A DNA stretch of 64,000 bases from Octopus vulgaris. Lineage: Eukaryota. Shown here piece by piece: positions 40,058 to 53,565 of this stretch. The notes below the pieces were generated by a model, which saw only the letters and a list, made by a program, of their open reading frames with translations, did no database searches and had not been told where the DNA came from. Position 1 is the stretch's first letter. Every line of letters begins with the position of its first letter. The stretch covers positions 1,984,001-2,048,000 of the forward strand of contig OX597831.1 of the NCBI GenBank assembly GCA_951406725.2, read 5' to 3'. Made by a program: the position numbers and the translations under genes.

Positions 40058-40445
40058 GAAGTGGCTGTGTGGTAAGTAGCTTGCATACCAACCACATGGT
40101 TCCAGGTTCATTCCCACTGTGTGGCACCTTGGGCAAGTATCTTCTACTATAGCCTCGGGCCGACCAAAGCCTTGTGATTGGATTTAGTAGACGGAAACTG
40201 AACGAAGCCCATCATATATATATATGTATGTATATGTTTGTGCATTTGTGTTTGTCCCCACCAACATCGTTTGACAACCGATGGTGGTGTGTTTACGTCC
40301 CCGTAACTTAGCAGTTCGGCAAAAGAGACTGATAGAATAAGTACTAGGCTTCCAAAGAATAAGTCCTGGGGTCGATTTGCTTGACTAAAGGCAGTGCTCC
40401 AGCATGGCCACAGTCAAATGACTGAAACAATTAAACGAGTAAAAG
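40058..40445 (+). mobile_element. SINE family A
   Basis: Consensus match. Confidence 0.9.
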
Positions 40446-40709
40446 AACATAATAACTTATGGGGTGGGGTTGGCCATCTGTGGGAAGAAAAATGAGAAAT
40501 CTTTAGTGTCGAGGACAGTTGGACAGTGTGGTAAATTGAGGAATATACAAATATGATAAAGAAGGGGACAGTTGGACAGAGCAGTACCTTGAAGAATATA
40601 TCAATACTGTAATGAAGGGGACAGTAAGGTACCTTGTAGAATTTGTATATAGAAGTAGGGAGCAGTTGGATGGTGTGGTACCTTATGGAATATATCAATA
40701 TGGTAATGA

Positions 40710-41309
40710 AGGAGACGAGCTGGCAGAACCGTTAGCATGCTGGACGAAATGCTTAGCGGTATTTCGCCTGCTGTTACGTTCTGAGTTCAAATTCCGCCGA
40801 GGTCGACTTTGCCTTTCATCCTTTTGGGGTCGATAAATTAAGTACCAGTTGCACACTGGGGTTGATGTAATCGACTTAATACCTATGTCTGTCCTTGTTT
40901 GTCCACTCTATGTTTAGCCCCTTGTGGGTAATAAAGAAATAGGTATTTCGCCTGCCGCTATGTTCTGAGTTCAAATTCCACCGAGGTTGACTTTGCTTTT
41001 CATCCTTTCAGGGTCGATAAATTAAGTACCAGTTACGCACTGGGGTCGATGTAATCGACTTAATACCTATGTCTGTCCTTGTTTGTCCACTCTATGTTTA
41101 GCCCCTTGTGGGTAATAAAGAAATAGGTATTTCGCCTGCCGCTATGTTCTGAGTTCAAATTCCACCGAGGTCGACTTTGCCTTTCATCCTTTCAGGGTCG
41201 ATAAATTAAGTACCAGTTATGCACTGGGGTCGATATAATCGACTTAATCCATTTGTCTGTCCTTGTTTGTCCTCTCTGTGTTTAGCCCCTTGTGGGTAGT
41301 AAAGAAATA
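40710..41309 (+). mobile_element. SINE family B trimer (184-bp period)
   Basis: ggtatttcgcctgc at 40758, 40942, 41126; flanking ggtaatgaaggagac duplication. Confidence 0.92.
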
Positions 41310-42474
41310 GGTAATGAAGGAGACTATAGTACCTTGTAGAATATATCACTGTGGTTATGAAGTATAGTAGTTGAATATAGTACAATGTGGTACCATGTAA
41401 ACTATGTCAATATGATAATGAAGTGTTGTACTGGGATAGACCGGCACCCTGTAAAAATATGTCAAAATGGTAATGAAGCAACCTATCTGGAATAGTAAGT
41501 TTTTTTGGGTTTTTCCTTTTTACTTTACAACCTAATTTCATTTAATTCATTATCTTGTCTTTTCCCAGATAACCTTTATCGTGGTGGTAGTGGTGGTTGA
41601 GGAATTTGATGCAACGTGGTACTGTGTGTGGTGGTGGTGTAATGTGATGTAGTGGTGATAGTGGTTGTGATAGTTGTGACAGTGGAATCTGGTGTAAGTG
41701 TTCCGGTGATGGTGGTGGTGTTAGAATCTTGTCTAATGTATTTAATGGTGTGGTGGTAGTGGTGGCAGAAATGAAATCTCATATGTGATAGTATTGGTGG
41801 TGGCGGTGGTGGTGGATGAAACTGGTGTAATGTGACATTGCTGTGATGGTGATGGTGGTAGCGGTTTTAGCATTGTAATGGTGTGATGTGTTGGTGACGG
41901 TACAGGAATTGGATCTAATGTAGCAGGTGGGATGTTGTTGTTGTTGTTGTTGGTGGTGGTGATGGTGGTGGTATTGTTTCTGCCCTAGTCACTCTTGATC
42001 AGTTAAAACTACGATAAGCAGCATATTAGGTGTGATCACCTTGGTCTTTCCAATTATGCAATATGCTAATTCCTTCTTTAAAACAGTAAGATGTGATTTG
42101 AGGGAAAATTGGCTGTTATATTTAACAGATCAGATGACCACATGGAGGCTTTCCTCATTGGTTTGGTGGTTTTTGTGACTGGGGGGAATCTAATGTAAAG
42201 TTGTGATGATCGTCGTGTTGGGGTTGATATTGATTAAGCAAAAGAGTTATTTTATTTCATCATTATCATCATTTAACTGCCACTTTTCCATTCTTGCATG
42301 GGTCAAGCAGAATTTGTTGAGGCAGATTTCCTGCTTCTGGATGCTGTTCCTGTTGCCAACCCTCACCGGTTTCCAAGCAAAGTAATACTTCCCCATGACC
42401 AGACATATTTTTCACAGAAGATTGGAATCAAATAACATGCTCTTTTACAACCATCATGTAATGCCAAGACAAGG

Positions 42475-42517
<43 letters not shown>

Positions 42518-43928
42518 ATAGGCTTCTTTCAGTTTCCATCTACCCAATCCAATCACAAGGTTTTTTTTGTTGGCCCACAGCTATAGTAGAAGACACCTGC
42601 CAAAGGTGCCAAGCAATGGGACTGAACCCAAGATATCATGGTTGTAAAGCACACAACCCTGCCTGTGCCTATGAATGCTAAATCCAAGTATAAGTACTCT
42701 AGATTATGTATTTAAAAAGGGTTCACTGAATATAGTGTGTATTCATATTTGTAATAAACATAGTCACCCGTTCCCCAACTCACACCCTACCACACATTCT
42801 TGCAACCTCCACACACCCAGACTGTCAATTCTTCTTTCTCCATTTACTTCTCACCTCATACTTTGAGGATCCACACAGACACCACCCTCACCACTATTTT
42901 CATCTCCTCCTCACTCCACCCCAATCACCCCACCACCGTCTCATCTAAAATGTGAATAGTCCTGTAGCTCCTCTACAACTAGGAACCTATCTCTGCTCTG
43001 GTTTCTTTCATACTTTCATCCTTCATCCACTTGCGTAAAACTGCCTCGCTTGAGGTTTACTTGCAAGCTGCAAGAGTGCTGATGACACAAAAAATAAAAG
43101 AATGGCAGGAAGAAAGCATTCATACCCAGTACAATCTGTTAAGTGGTTGGCATCAGGAAAAGCATCTAGCCATAGAAATCATGCAAAAGTAGACAGTGGA
43201 GTATGATGCAGTCTTTGGATCCATTGGATCCTATCAAACCATCCAACCCATGCCATCATGGAACATAAACATTAAATACTAATGATGATGATGATGGTAC
43301 TATGGAAGTAAAAAAAAGAAAAAACTATTCTATTCATCGAGAGTGGTGATCAGTGAGTAAAAATTTCCCAAATTCATGATACCAAGCTTGTTTTTCCAGC
43401 AAAATGTAGAATAATTTGCATAACCAAAGAATAGTAATATTTGGTGTTATGTGAAAGTTACGAGGCTAGCTAAATGCAAACTGTGTTCTTTTATAAGCAA
43501 ACCATGGAGTAGTAACTAGAAAGTGTAGACATAAGGCCCCACCATTACTTTAACTTCAGTTCATTTGTGAAAGCTCTAGTATCCTAAAATAAAGCAAAAA
43601 AATTTAAGTAGAAAATACAGAATATAGTAATGATTGAACAAAAAGAAGAGAATTGGTAATGCTGAAGAAGGATAAAAAGGGATAAAGTTCCTTGAATCAT
43701 ATAGACTGATAAGGCTGGTTTCTGTGGAGTTTATTCCCCACTGGACAAGACACCGGTTCAGTGTAGCTGAGTAGACTGGAGCAATGTGAAATGAAGTGCT
43801 TTGCTCAAGAACACAATGCATCACCTGGTTCAGGAATTGAAACCTCAATCTTATGACTATGATTCCAACAACCTAACCACTAAACCATGCACCTTCACTG
43901 AAGATGTTGCTTTGTGAAGTAAAACAGC

Positions 43929-44156
43929 TTAACCCTATTGATACCAACTTGCCTAAGATCACCCCTGATTCCAATCCAAGACAAATTTCTTGTTTTAAAA
44001 TGATCTAAATTAGAATCTTCTATCAAATTTAATTTATTCCCAAAACCCCAGCTTCATATAATTATAAAATTATTTTACCAAGTTCTTCATTCTTTTGAAG
44101 ACAAATTGAAACAAAGGCAGTGCATTTCAACAGAAATATCGTAACAAAAGGGTTAA
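43929..44156. mobile_element. piggyBac-like MITE
   Basis: TTAACCCT...AGGGTTAA. Confidence 0.85.
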
Positions 44157-44171
44157 AGTAGAAACATATTT

Positions 44172-45416
44172 AGGTGCAGGCGTGGCTGTGTGGTAAAAAG
44201 CTTGCTCCCCAACCATGTGGTTCTGGGTTCATGGCACCTTGGGCAAGTGTCTGCTACTATAACCTCGGGATGACCAAAAACCTTGTGAGTGGATTCAGTA
44301 GATGGAAACGGAAAGAAGCTCTTCATATATGTATGTCTTTGTGTCTGTGTTTTTCCCCACCATCGCTTGACAACCGATGTTGGTGTGTTCACATCCCTGT
44401 AACTTACTGGTTCAACAAAAGAGACCAACAGAATAAGTACTAGGCTTACAAAGAATAAGTCCTGGGATCGATTTGTTCAACTACAAAAAAAAACCCCTTT
44501 AAGGCAGTGCTCCAGCATGGCCGCGGTCAAAATGATTGAAACGAGTAAAAGAATAAAAGAAAGAACCATTTTAGAGACAAGTCATACTCGGTTCTTTGTT
44601 ATTGTAATGAAACATAGGCGCAGGAGTGGCTGTGTGGTAAGTAGCTTGCTAATCAACCACATGGTTCCGGGTTCAGTCCCACTGCGTGGCATCTTGGGCA
44701 AGTGTCTTCTGCTATAGCCCCGGGCCGACCAATGCTTTGTGAGTGGATTTGGTAGACGGAAACTGAAAGAAGCCTGTCGTATATATGTATATATATATAT
44801 AAATGTGTGTGTCTGTGTTTGTTCCCCACCATCACTTGACAACTGATGATGTTGGTGTGTTTACGTTCCAGTAACTTAGTGGTTCAACAAAAGAGACCAA
44901 CAGAATAAGTACTAGGCTTACAAAGAATAAGTCCTGGGATCGATTTGCTCGACTAAAGGCGGTGCTCCAGCATGGCCACTGTCAAATGACTGAAACAAGT
45001 AAAAGAGTAAAAGTTGTTGTTTTTTTTGTTGTTTTTTTTGTTAGTTGACTTTCCAAACATGAAGACATTTCAGCACCAGCAGCCAAGTGGATTTGGTAGA
45101 CGGAAACTGAAAGAAGCCTGTCGTATATATGTATATATATATATAAATGTGTGTGTCTGTGTTTGTTCCCCTAGCATTGCTTGACAACCGATGCTGGTGT
45201 GTTTACGTCCCCGTCACTTAGTGTTCGACAAAAAAGACCGATAGAATAAGTACTGGGCTTACAAAGAATAAGTCCCGGGGTCGATTTGCTCGACTAAAGG
45301 CGGTGCTCCAGCATGGCCACTGTCAAATGACTGAAACAAGTAAAAGAGTAAAAGTTGTTGTTTTTTTTGTTAGTTGACTTTCCAAACATGAAGACATTTC
45401 AGCACCAGCAGCCAAG
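44172..45416 (+). mobile_element. Three head-to-tail SINE A copies including a local tandem duplication
   Basis: Copies at 44172-44565, 44616-45012, 45087-45353; unique flank gttgactttccaaacatg...agccaag duplicated. Confidence 0.9.
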
Positions 45417-46111
45417 TTTCAAAAGATTTATTTAGATAATACTGAGTTTGAATTTTAGTACCAAAAATTCTTCACTTTAAGAATTTTGACAAAATTCAGG
45501 CCCAAGCCTTGAATCTCTACAAGATTTTAATATACTATATGCTCCTATATGCTTCATTCCCTAATATTTAAATTGCATTATGGATTCACTTGTGTTTAAT
45601 GATAAATAATGTGATTTAGAGACAAGAATTTGTCTGAGAGGAAATATCTAAAGAATAAACACAGACCAAACAATGGTACTAATATGACTCAACAGACTTG
45701 CTCTCATGGCAAGAACTTACAACTTTCTGATGTTCTCACAGAAAGTTGCTTCTTCTTCTTCGGATTTTATTTGCTGCCCTTGTGAAAATATATTTATTTA
45801 TTTTTTTTACATTGTGCTTTTTTTGCAAATATTACTCCTTCACAGTACCTGTATGTAGCCCAAGGTCCCACGAGATTTTATCTCGGCTCTGGTGGTGGTG
45901 GTGGTGGTGGTGATATCTATGTTTATTATTGATGGTCGTGGAAAGGAATCTAGTGTGGTAGTAGTTGTAGAATTTGATGTGTAATACAGTAGGGTTGGTT
46001 GTACAGTAGTGAAATGTGGGGGTGTGATGGAATCTAGTATGACTGTTTGTGTATAATTGAGGTATTTATGGGTGGTATCATACAGTGTAATGTGTGATGC
46101 ATGGGTGTATA

Positions 46112-46146
<35 letters not shown>

Positions 46147-46392
46147 AACGTTTGTGTATGATGGTGCATTTCTCTGCTCTCTTTCTCTCTCTCTCCATCC
46201 CCTCACTATCATCTGTCTAACTGTTTGACACAACCAATTTCTTCCTATTTCTTCTACTCACCTCTATCTTCTCTTCTCTGCAATTTGACTAATAATGACT
46301 GATATTTGTTATTACAACCCAGTTTCCAAAACTATTTAATATTTATTAGTTAATTGTTGTTGCTGTTGCTTGTTATGCTTGCAATGTTAATA

Positions 46393-46465
<73 letters not shown>

Positions 46466-46867
46466 ATTGTGATTGTGATAGTGCTGATGGTGGTGTTTTA
46501 TCTCATGTCACTAATTAGGCAGATAAAAGTCGTGTATAAACTCTCACACTTTGACACATACGTATATATATATACAAACGTGTTCGCGCGCGCGTTGCCT
46601 ATACGAAAAAATAACCCACCCTGAATTTAATTTCTGAGTTAAGTGTTATTATTAAGAACTACGTCGTTCATTCAGCTGGAAGTAATCATTATTTTATATA
46701 TATATATATATATATAAATTTTCATCTGTCCTGCCCGCCAAATTTGGTTCTGGTGTTCGCTGAATTTTTCCTCCAGAGAACTTCCTTTGTAGGTTGATCG
46801 TTTGATGATCTATTTCTAGCATGCGGCAGACTACCTAGCAGTCTCGCCCTGTCAATATACACAATTA

Positions 46868-47170
<303 letters not shown>

Positions 47171-47683
47171 ATGTGTGTATTTTTCCCTTGTTAACAATTA
47201 ACACGGAAAAAAATAAATAGTTACCAGGGTAGCAAAAAAATCGCACAAGTAAAAAGGTTTAACTCCTTGTTTTTTTAAAGTTAGGAACTTCGGATTTACG
47301 TGAAATATTTTGTATAACATATATATAAATAAATGGGGTTAAACGAAGGTGTTATTCAAATTCTTTTACTTTTATATATATATATATATATATATACATA
47401 CACACGCTTGACACTTTTCTGACCGATAAATTTTAGAAGCTAACCTGTTCGCAAGGTGTGCTGGGCTTTTACGTATACAGACACCACAGATTAGGTATAG
47501 AGAGATTCACACACACACACACACACACACATCTGAAGCCAAATTGATTCTCAGTCAGTCAGATATCCTCTCTAAGTTATACCGTTAAAATCCCGAGAAT
47601 TCGAGGGAGGTACTGACTAGTTTTATGTGTGGTGGGTTGGTAGCCTGCGTCGGTAAGAGTCAAAGGAGAAGTAGCAGCTGAAC

Positions 47684-47695
47684 TCTCTCTCTCTC

Positions 47696-47783
<88 letters not shown>
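47684..47783. repeat. (TC)n microsatellite
   Basis: Seen directly. Confidence 0.97.
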
Positions 47784-47787
<4 letters not shown>

Positions 47788-48229
47788 CGTTCAGATATTG
47801 TCTTCATTGAAAAAAAAGAAAAGAAAAAAAACTTCCGTACCTCATTGGTTATTATATCTTTTTTAGCTGAAGATACAGATTTCGGTTATAGTTGCTGTGG
47901 TGATGGTTTAACCCCAGGTCAGACCTGTGGTGGTAAAAAGCATTTCAGGTGTGACCACACCATCCTTTTTTTTATTTTGAAGGTAGAAGATTTAGCTGCT
48001 ACATCTTTCTGGGCGGCGGGTCACAACGTCGAACCCCCAACCCACCGAAATAACTTCTGGATAATTGATTCCTCGTATTTCTATTCGTTTTCCTTCGAAA
48101 TATGCAAAGTCTGTCTAACCCCCTACAAGATCTTTGGGGGTTGCCGATGTTGCTGCACCGATAGGTGTGAATACGTAAAGGAGGGACCGACTAATAATGT
48201 AGACTATTTAGATCAAGTATCAGATAGAT

Positions 48230-48335
48230 GCACGGCGACGGAAGGGGCGGGCCTCAATTAAACAAGGACAGACAGTCAGACGGGTAGAGCTGGATCTGTA
48301 TCACTCAGATGAAAGAGATAGTTTCAGTCATTTAG
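48230..48335 (+). promoter_or_regulatory. Putative promoter: GC box and Inr-like TCAGT
   Basis: GGGGCGGGCC at ~48244, tttTCAGTCattt at ~48324, CpG-retaining surroundings, upstream of a Kozak ATG. Confidence 0.45.
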
Positions 48336-48477
48336 TCAGATTATACAGATTGGTTGTTGGTGTATATAGCCAGCCGCCACATAAACTTGACCTTAATCAG
48401 TGAAGCAGACGAGAGAAGAGGATAAGAAAAAAAAAAAAATTGCCGGCTTCAGTTGAATTCATCACCACCATCGCATC

Positions 48478-48593
48478 ATGGCCAAGTTTGTTCTCCAGCC
48501 ACTGGGGTCGACCACTGATAGCCCCTTGTTTCAAAGGAGGAGAATACACAATGAGAATTTGGCTGCTCAAAATGTGGACAATAAGAAAAACGG
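48478..48593 (+). CDS. Probable first coding exon, unidentified protein (MAKFVLQPLGSTTDSPLFQRRRIHNENLAAQNVDNKKNG)
   Basis: catcATGG Kozak context, non-repetitive protein-like peptide, donor CGG|GTGGGT (or TGG|GTAAAG at 48598), then intronic microsatellites. Confidence 0.6.
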
Positions 48594-48661
48594 GTGGGTA
48601 AAGAATATTGATTTTCTTTTTAAATGTTTTTCCTTCTCTCTGTCTATCTCTCTCTTTCCCT

Positions 48662-48693
<32 letters not shown>

Positions 48694-49679
48694 CACACAC
48701 ACGTATATATGTAAAAAAAAAATAAACAAACAAAGCAACGTAATATGTATGACAAAAACTAACATATACAAACAACAGCTTAATTAATTATTAATTTATT
48801 AATCGGAGTTAGTTAAATGTAACCTCCACCTTGTCCCAGCATCACTCTACCTTTCTTTTCAGAGAACTATAGTCGTTATAATCGTTCATGTTAGTGGTGT
48901 GTGTGTGTATGTATATGTGTGTGTGTGTGTGCGTGCGTGTGTTTATTATATGTAGACGTTCATTTGTGCGTAACAGAATACTTTGTAGTAAGAAGTTGGT
49001 TAGTGATGGTGAAGGTGGAGCATAACATTTACATATGGCCACACACACACACACACATACAAACGTGTATTCAATTGTGCGACTGTTAGTATAACAATTG
49101 ATTGATATCGATCTGTCAGGTTTTCTAATGGATGGTGACAAGGTGTAACACTCTTTCTCTACAACAGCTTTCCCTCCCTCCCTCTCTTTCTCACATTATG
49201 TGTGTGTGTGTCTGTGAGTGTGTGTGTGTGTATGTATATTTATAACGTGTGTATGTATTGTGACTTTGAACTTCTCCAAAAAAAACTAATATACATGTAT
49301 GTATGCATGCATTCATCTAAGTATCCACATCTGTCTGTTCTTCTCTTTATCTATCTATCTCTACATATAAATATATATATATATATATATACACATATAT
49401 ATACATATATATATACACACATATATATATGCATACATATATACATACATACATATATAGTATTTTTGTTTCCTCTTGATATTCAAACGTCCTGTGGTCA
49501 TAAACTTGTTGACAGTTATGAAGAGATGGATGCATTCATACAAAGTCCACCTCACTCAGCTTTCTCCTGAAATGTAGGGTAATTGGGTTTTGTTGAAATA
49601 AAGCTTTGTAGTAGTAGTAGTAGTAGTAGTAGTAGTCCTTTCTACTATTAGTAGTAGTATAGTAGTGGTAGTAGTAGTA

Positions 49680-50070
49680 GTCCTTTCTACTATAGGAACA
49701 AGGCCTGAAATTTGCAGGGTGAGGGACTAGTCGATTACATCGACCCCAGTGTTTCACTGGTACTTAATTTATCAATCTCAAAAGGATGAAAGGTAAAGTT
49801 GACCTCGGCAGAATTTGAACCCAGAGTGAAGCAATGAATAATAATAATAGTGGTTTCGAATTTTTCCACAAGGGCAGCCATTTGGGGGGGGGGGGGTGAG
49901 TCGATTACATCGACCCCAGTGTCTCTCTGGTACTTAATTTATCGACCCTAAGAGGATGAAAGGCAAAGTCGACCTCGGTGGTATTTGAACCCAGAACATA
50001 AAAGAACCAGAAAAAAAAGCCACCAAGCGTTTTATTCAATGTGCTGATGATTCTACCAGCTCACTGACTT
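49680..50070 (-). mobile_element. Two SINE family B variants
   Basis: gtcgattacatcgaccccagtg...ggatgaaagg.aaagt.gacctcgg occurs twice. Confidence 0.85.
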
Positions 50071-50142
50071 TAATAATAATAATAATTAATTCTCGTTTAT
50101 TGGCCAACAAAAATCAAAGAATAATAATAATAATAATTATTA

Positions 50143-50520
50143 TTGGTAAGTAGCTTGCTAACCAACCACATGGTTCCGGGTTCAGTCCCACTGCGTGGCA
50201 TCTTGGGCAAGTGTCTTCTGCTATAGCCCTGGGCCGACCAATGTCTTGTGAGTGGATTTCGTAGACGGAAACTGAAAGAAGCCTGTCGTATATATGTATA
50301 TATATATATATGTGTGTGTGTGTCTGTGTTTGTCCCCCTAGCATTGCTTGACAACTGATGCTGGTGTGTTTACGTCCCCGTCACTTAACGGTTCAGCAAA
50401 AGAGACCGATAGAATAAGTACTGGGCTTACAAAAGAATAAGTCCCGGGGTCGATTTGCTCGACTAAAGGCGGTGCTCCAGCATGGCCGCAGTCAAATGAC
50501 TGAAACAAGTAAAAGAGTAA
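50143..50520 (+). mobile_element. SINE family A
   Basis: Consensus match. Confidence 0.9.
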
Positions 50521-50825
50521 TAATAACAATAATGATAATCTTTCTACTAATAGGCACAAGGCCTGAAATTTGCGGGGGGGAGGGGGCCAGTCGATTAGGT
50601 CGACCTCCAACTTGATAATGGTAGGAAGGAAGGATGAATGGTAATGTTGGTTTTGTCTGGACTTAAACTCAGACCATACAGAGCTGGGACAAATACAGTT
50701 AGGTTTTATGGGTGTGTGTATTGTATGTATGCGTGTATGCGTGTCCTTGTACCTTATATGTGTACTATTAATTTACTGACTTAGCATTTTCTAAAACATT
50801 TCCTTCACAACTATGCATACACCCA

Positions 50826-50861
<36 letters not shown>

Positions 50862-50947
50862 TCATCATATTTCATTTACCTGTATGTATAAGTATGCATA
50901 TAGTTCTTTTTTTTTTCTCTTGCTATTCTTGTCTGCTGCACCTGTGC

Positions 50948-50989
<42 letters not shown>

Positions 50990-51372
50990 TGTGTACAGTG
51001 CTCAGGTGCACTACAACTCATCTAAAGTGTATATATAATCAGGTGTAGTTTCGGCGGATTTCATATATATATATATATATATATATAAAAGAGAGAAACG
51101 GGCAGAGAAGGAAAGAATAGGTAAATGAGATTGAGAGAGAGAGACTAGCTTGCTATACCTGTTGATGGTGGACCAGAATGGCAAAATGGTAAAATAAAAA
51201 AAAAATTTAAAAATTGATAAAAAAAAAACAGAGAGTATGTTCTGCTAACTTACCTTGTGTGTTGAACCTTTCACACACTCTCTCTTTGTCTGTATCTCTT
51301 TCCCTTTTACTCTCTTCCTCTCTTCCTCATCCACTATGTATATAAATGTGTGTGTGTGTGCGTGTGTGTATT

Positions 51373-51405
<33 letters not shown>

Positions 51406-52215
51406 GTGTGTGGATGTCTTCACATTCTGTAAGCTTTTTGTTGTTGTTTATTTTGCTGCCCTATTTACTCTGACTCAACTCCAGTGGGATGAGGATGACT
51501 ACCCCTGCCTTAATATATGATGAATAGCCGTTGTAATAACAGCGTTAATGCTTATGTGGTGGGGCTGTTGTTGTTATTGGTGGTGATGGTGGCGGTGGTA
51601 GTAATAGTAATAGTAATAATAGTGAAGGTGGTGGTGGTGGTGGTGATGATGAGGAGAAATAATGCTAGCTGATATATTGATCTCCTTTCTATAATAAACT
51701 TTTGTTTGTTTGTGCATGTGTGTGTGTCTGTGTGTGTGAGAGAGAGAAAGAGAGAGAGATATTGAATTTGTGGCTCATTATTTTGTTTTTGTTTTTTACT
51801 TTTGAAAACCTATGGTGTTTGTATTCTTAAACCAGTGACTAATGATTGTTCACAATGATGATGATGATGATGATGATGATGACTACCCTTCCCCCATCCC
51901 ATGTTTTTTTTTTTCTTCTCTTCTGAGGATAAAGCAATACAGTTTGAAAAACCTATATAATGTTCTGATTTGATCTTATATGTATGTATGGTATGCATGG
52001 TATGTTGTGTGGATATGTATGTATGTATGTGTGTGTGTGTTTGGGTGTGTATGTGTGGTTTTGTGATTAAGAAGTATCTTGCCTTCTTAATCATGTGGTT
52101 ATGGTCCAGTTCCACTGCTTGGTATCTTAAACAGGTGTGAATGGATTTTTGGTGGACAGAAATTAAATGAAAACCATCATATCTATCTATCTACTTCTCT
52201 TTCCCCACTCTCTCT

Positions 52216-52309
<94 letters not shown>

Positions 52310-52360
52310 AAAATAAGTCAAGGTAGAAAATGCTAAAATAATTTCATCATGAAAACATTT

Positions 52361-52393
52361 TAGTACTGGTTTCAGTCATTGAGGCATTTTCAA
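52361..52393 (-). ncRNA. Decayed hammerhead-like motif (UUGAAAA core)
   Basis: Minus strand: TTGAAAA TGCC tcaat GACT GAAAC CA GTA; stem II damaged. Confidence 0.3.
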
Positions 52394-52559
52394 CGCTTAA
52401 GTATGGAAAGCAATTAAATTGTGGAAAAATTAAATGAAAAGTCTTTTTAAAAAATATTTCCATAGCATTCAAATACAAGGGGCATTTTCCTTGCTTCTGC
52501 CTGTCTCTGTCTCTCTTTTTTGTATTCTTGTGGGTTCAAGATATGTTTTGATATATATA

Positions 52560-52960
52560 TCATCATCATTGTCGTCGTTTAACATCTGCTTTCCATCCTG
52601 GCTTGGGTTGAACGGTTTGACTGAGGACTGGCGAGCTAGAAGGCTGCACCAGGCTCCAATCTGATCTGGCAAAGTCACTACAGCTGGATGCCCTTCCTAA
52701 CGCCAATCACTCCAAGAGTGTAGTGGATGCTTTTATGTGCCATCGGCACGAGGGCCAGTCAGGCGGTTCTGGCAACGACCATGCTCAAAAGGTGTTTTTT
52801 ACCTGCTACCTGCATGGGGGGTCACTCTGGCGGCACTGGCAACATTTACGCTTGAATGGTGCTTATTACATGCTACCGGCATGGGAGCCGGTCAGCGGCC
52901 CTGGCAATGATCATGCTCAGATGGAGCTTTTAATTGTTCCACTGGCAGGAGTGCCACATT
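52560..52960 (-). mobile_element. SINE family C
   Basis: Consensus match. Confidence 0.85.
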
Positions 52961-53084
52961 CCATATATATATATGGAATGTGACATCTATATATATATAT
53001 TTTTATATATGTACATGTATATATTTATATATATACACACATATATATTTTTATATATATATATATATGTATACTGAAAGTTAC

Positions 53085-53445
53085 TCAAACTGCAGAAAGG
53101 GGCACCACTGCATAGTGCCAAAGATCCTAGAATCACCATCAAAATACAGGACCAGATACTGCAACAGCTTGGACTTCAAGGGCCCACAGCTCTTTAATAC
53201 CCTTCCAAAATGCCTGAGAAACCTGCATGGTATGGATGTATGTGTCTTTAAAACAAAATTAGATCTCTTCCTGTTACGGGTTCCAGACGAGCCTACCTCA
53301 TAGCAGAAATATAGATGAGAGCAGTGGCATCGAACTCCCTCATTGACCAAATGCCACATATCAGAGGAGGTTCCAAATAATGGTGTAGCTCAGTCAACAT
53401 GGTGCTCCAGCATGACTGCAGCTTTGCAGCTGAAACATTTTAAAA
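53085..53445 (+). pseudogene. LINE (CR1/Jockey-group) ORF2 C-terminus plus 3' UTR
   Basis: KGPQLFNTLPKCLRNLHGMDVCVFKTKLDLFLLRVPDEP...AVASNSLIDQ. Confidence 0.8.
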
Positions 53446-53449
53446 CAGT

Positions 53450-53495
<46 letters not shown>

Positions 53496-53565
53496 GATAG
53501 GTTTTGGCTAGTATAGGCCCAGGCCATGTCTAACTTAATATATATATATATATATAAATATATAA

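Noticed and set aside
47845-48261. 138-aa ORF
   Set aside because: Non-ATG start; overlaps a family D repeat and the putative promoter.
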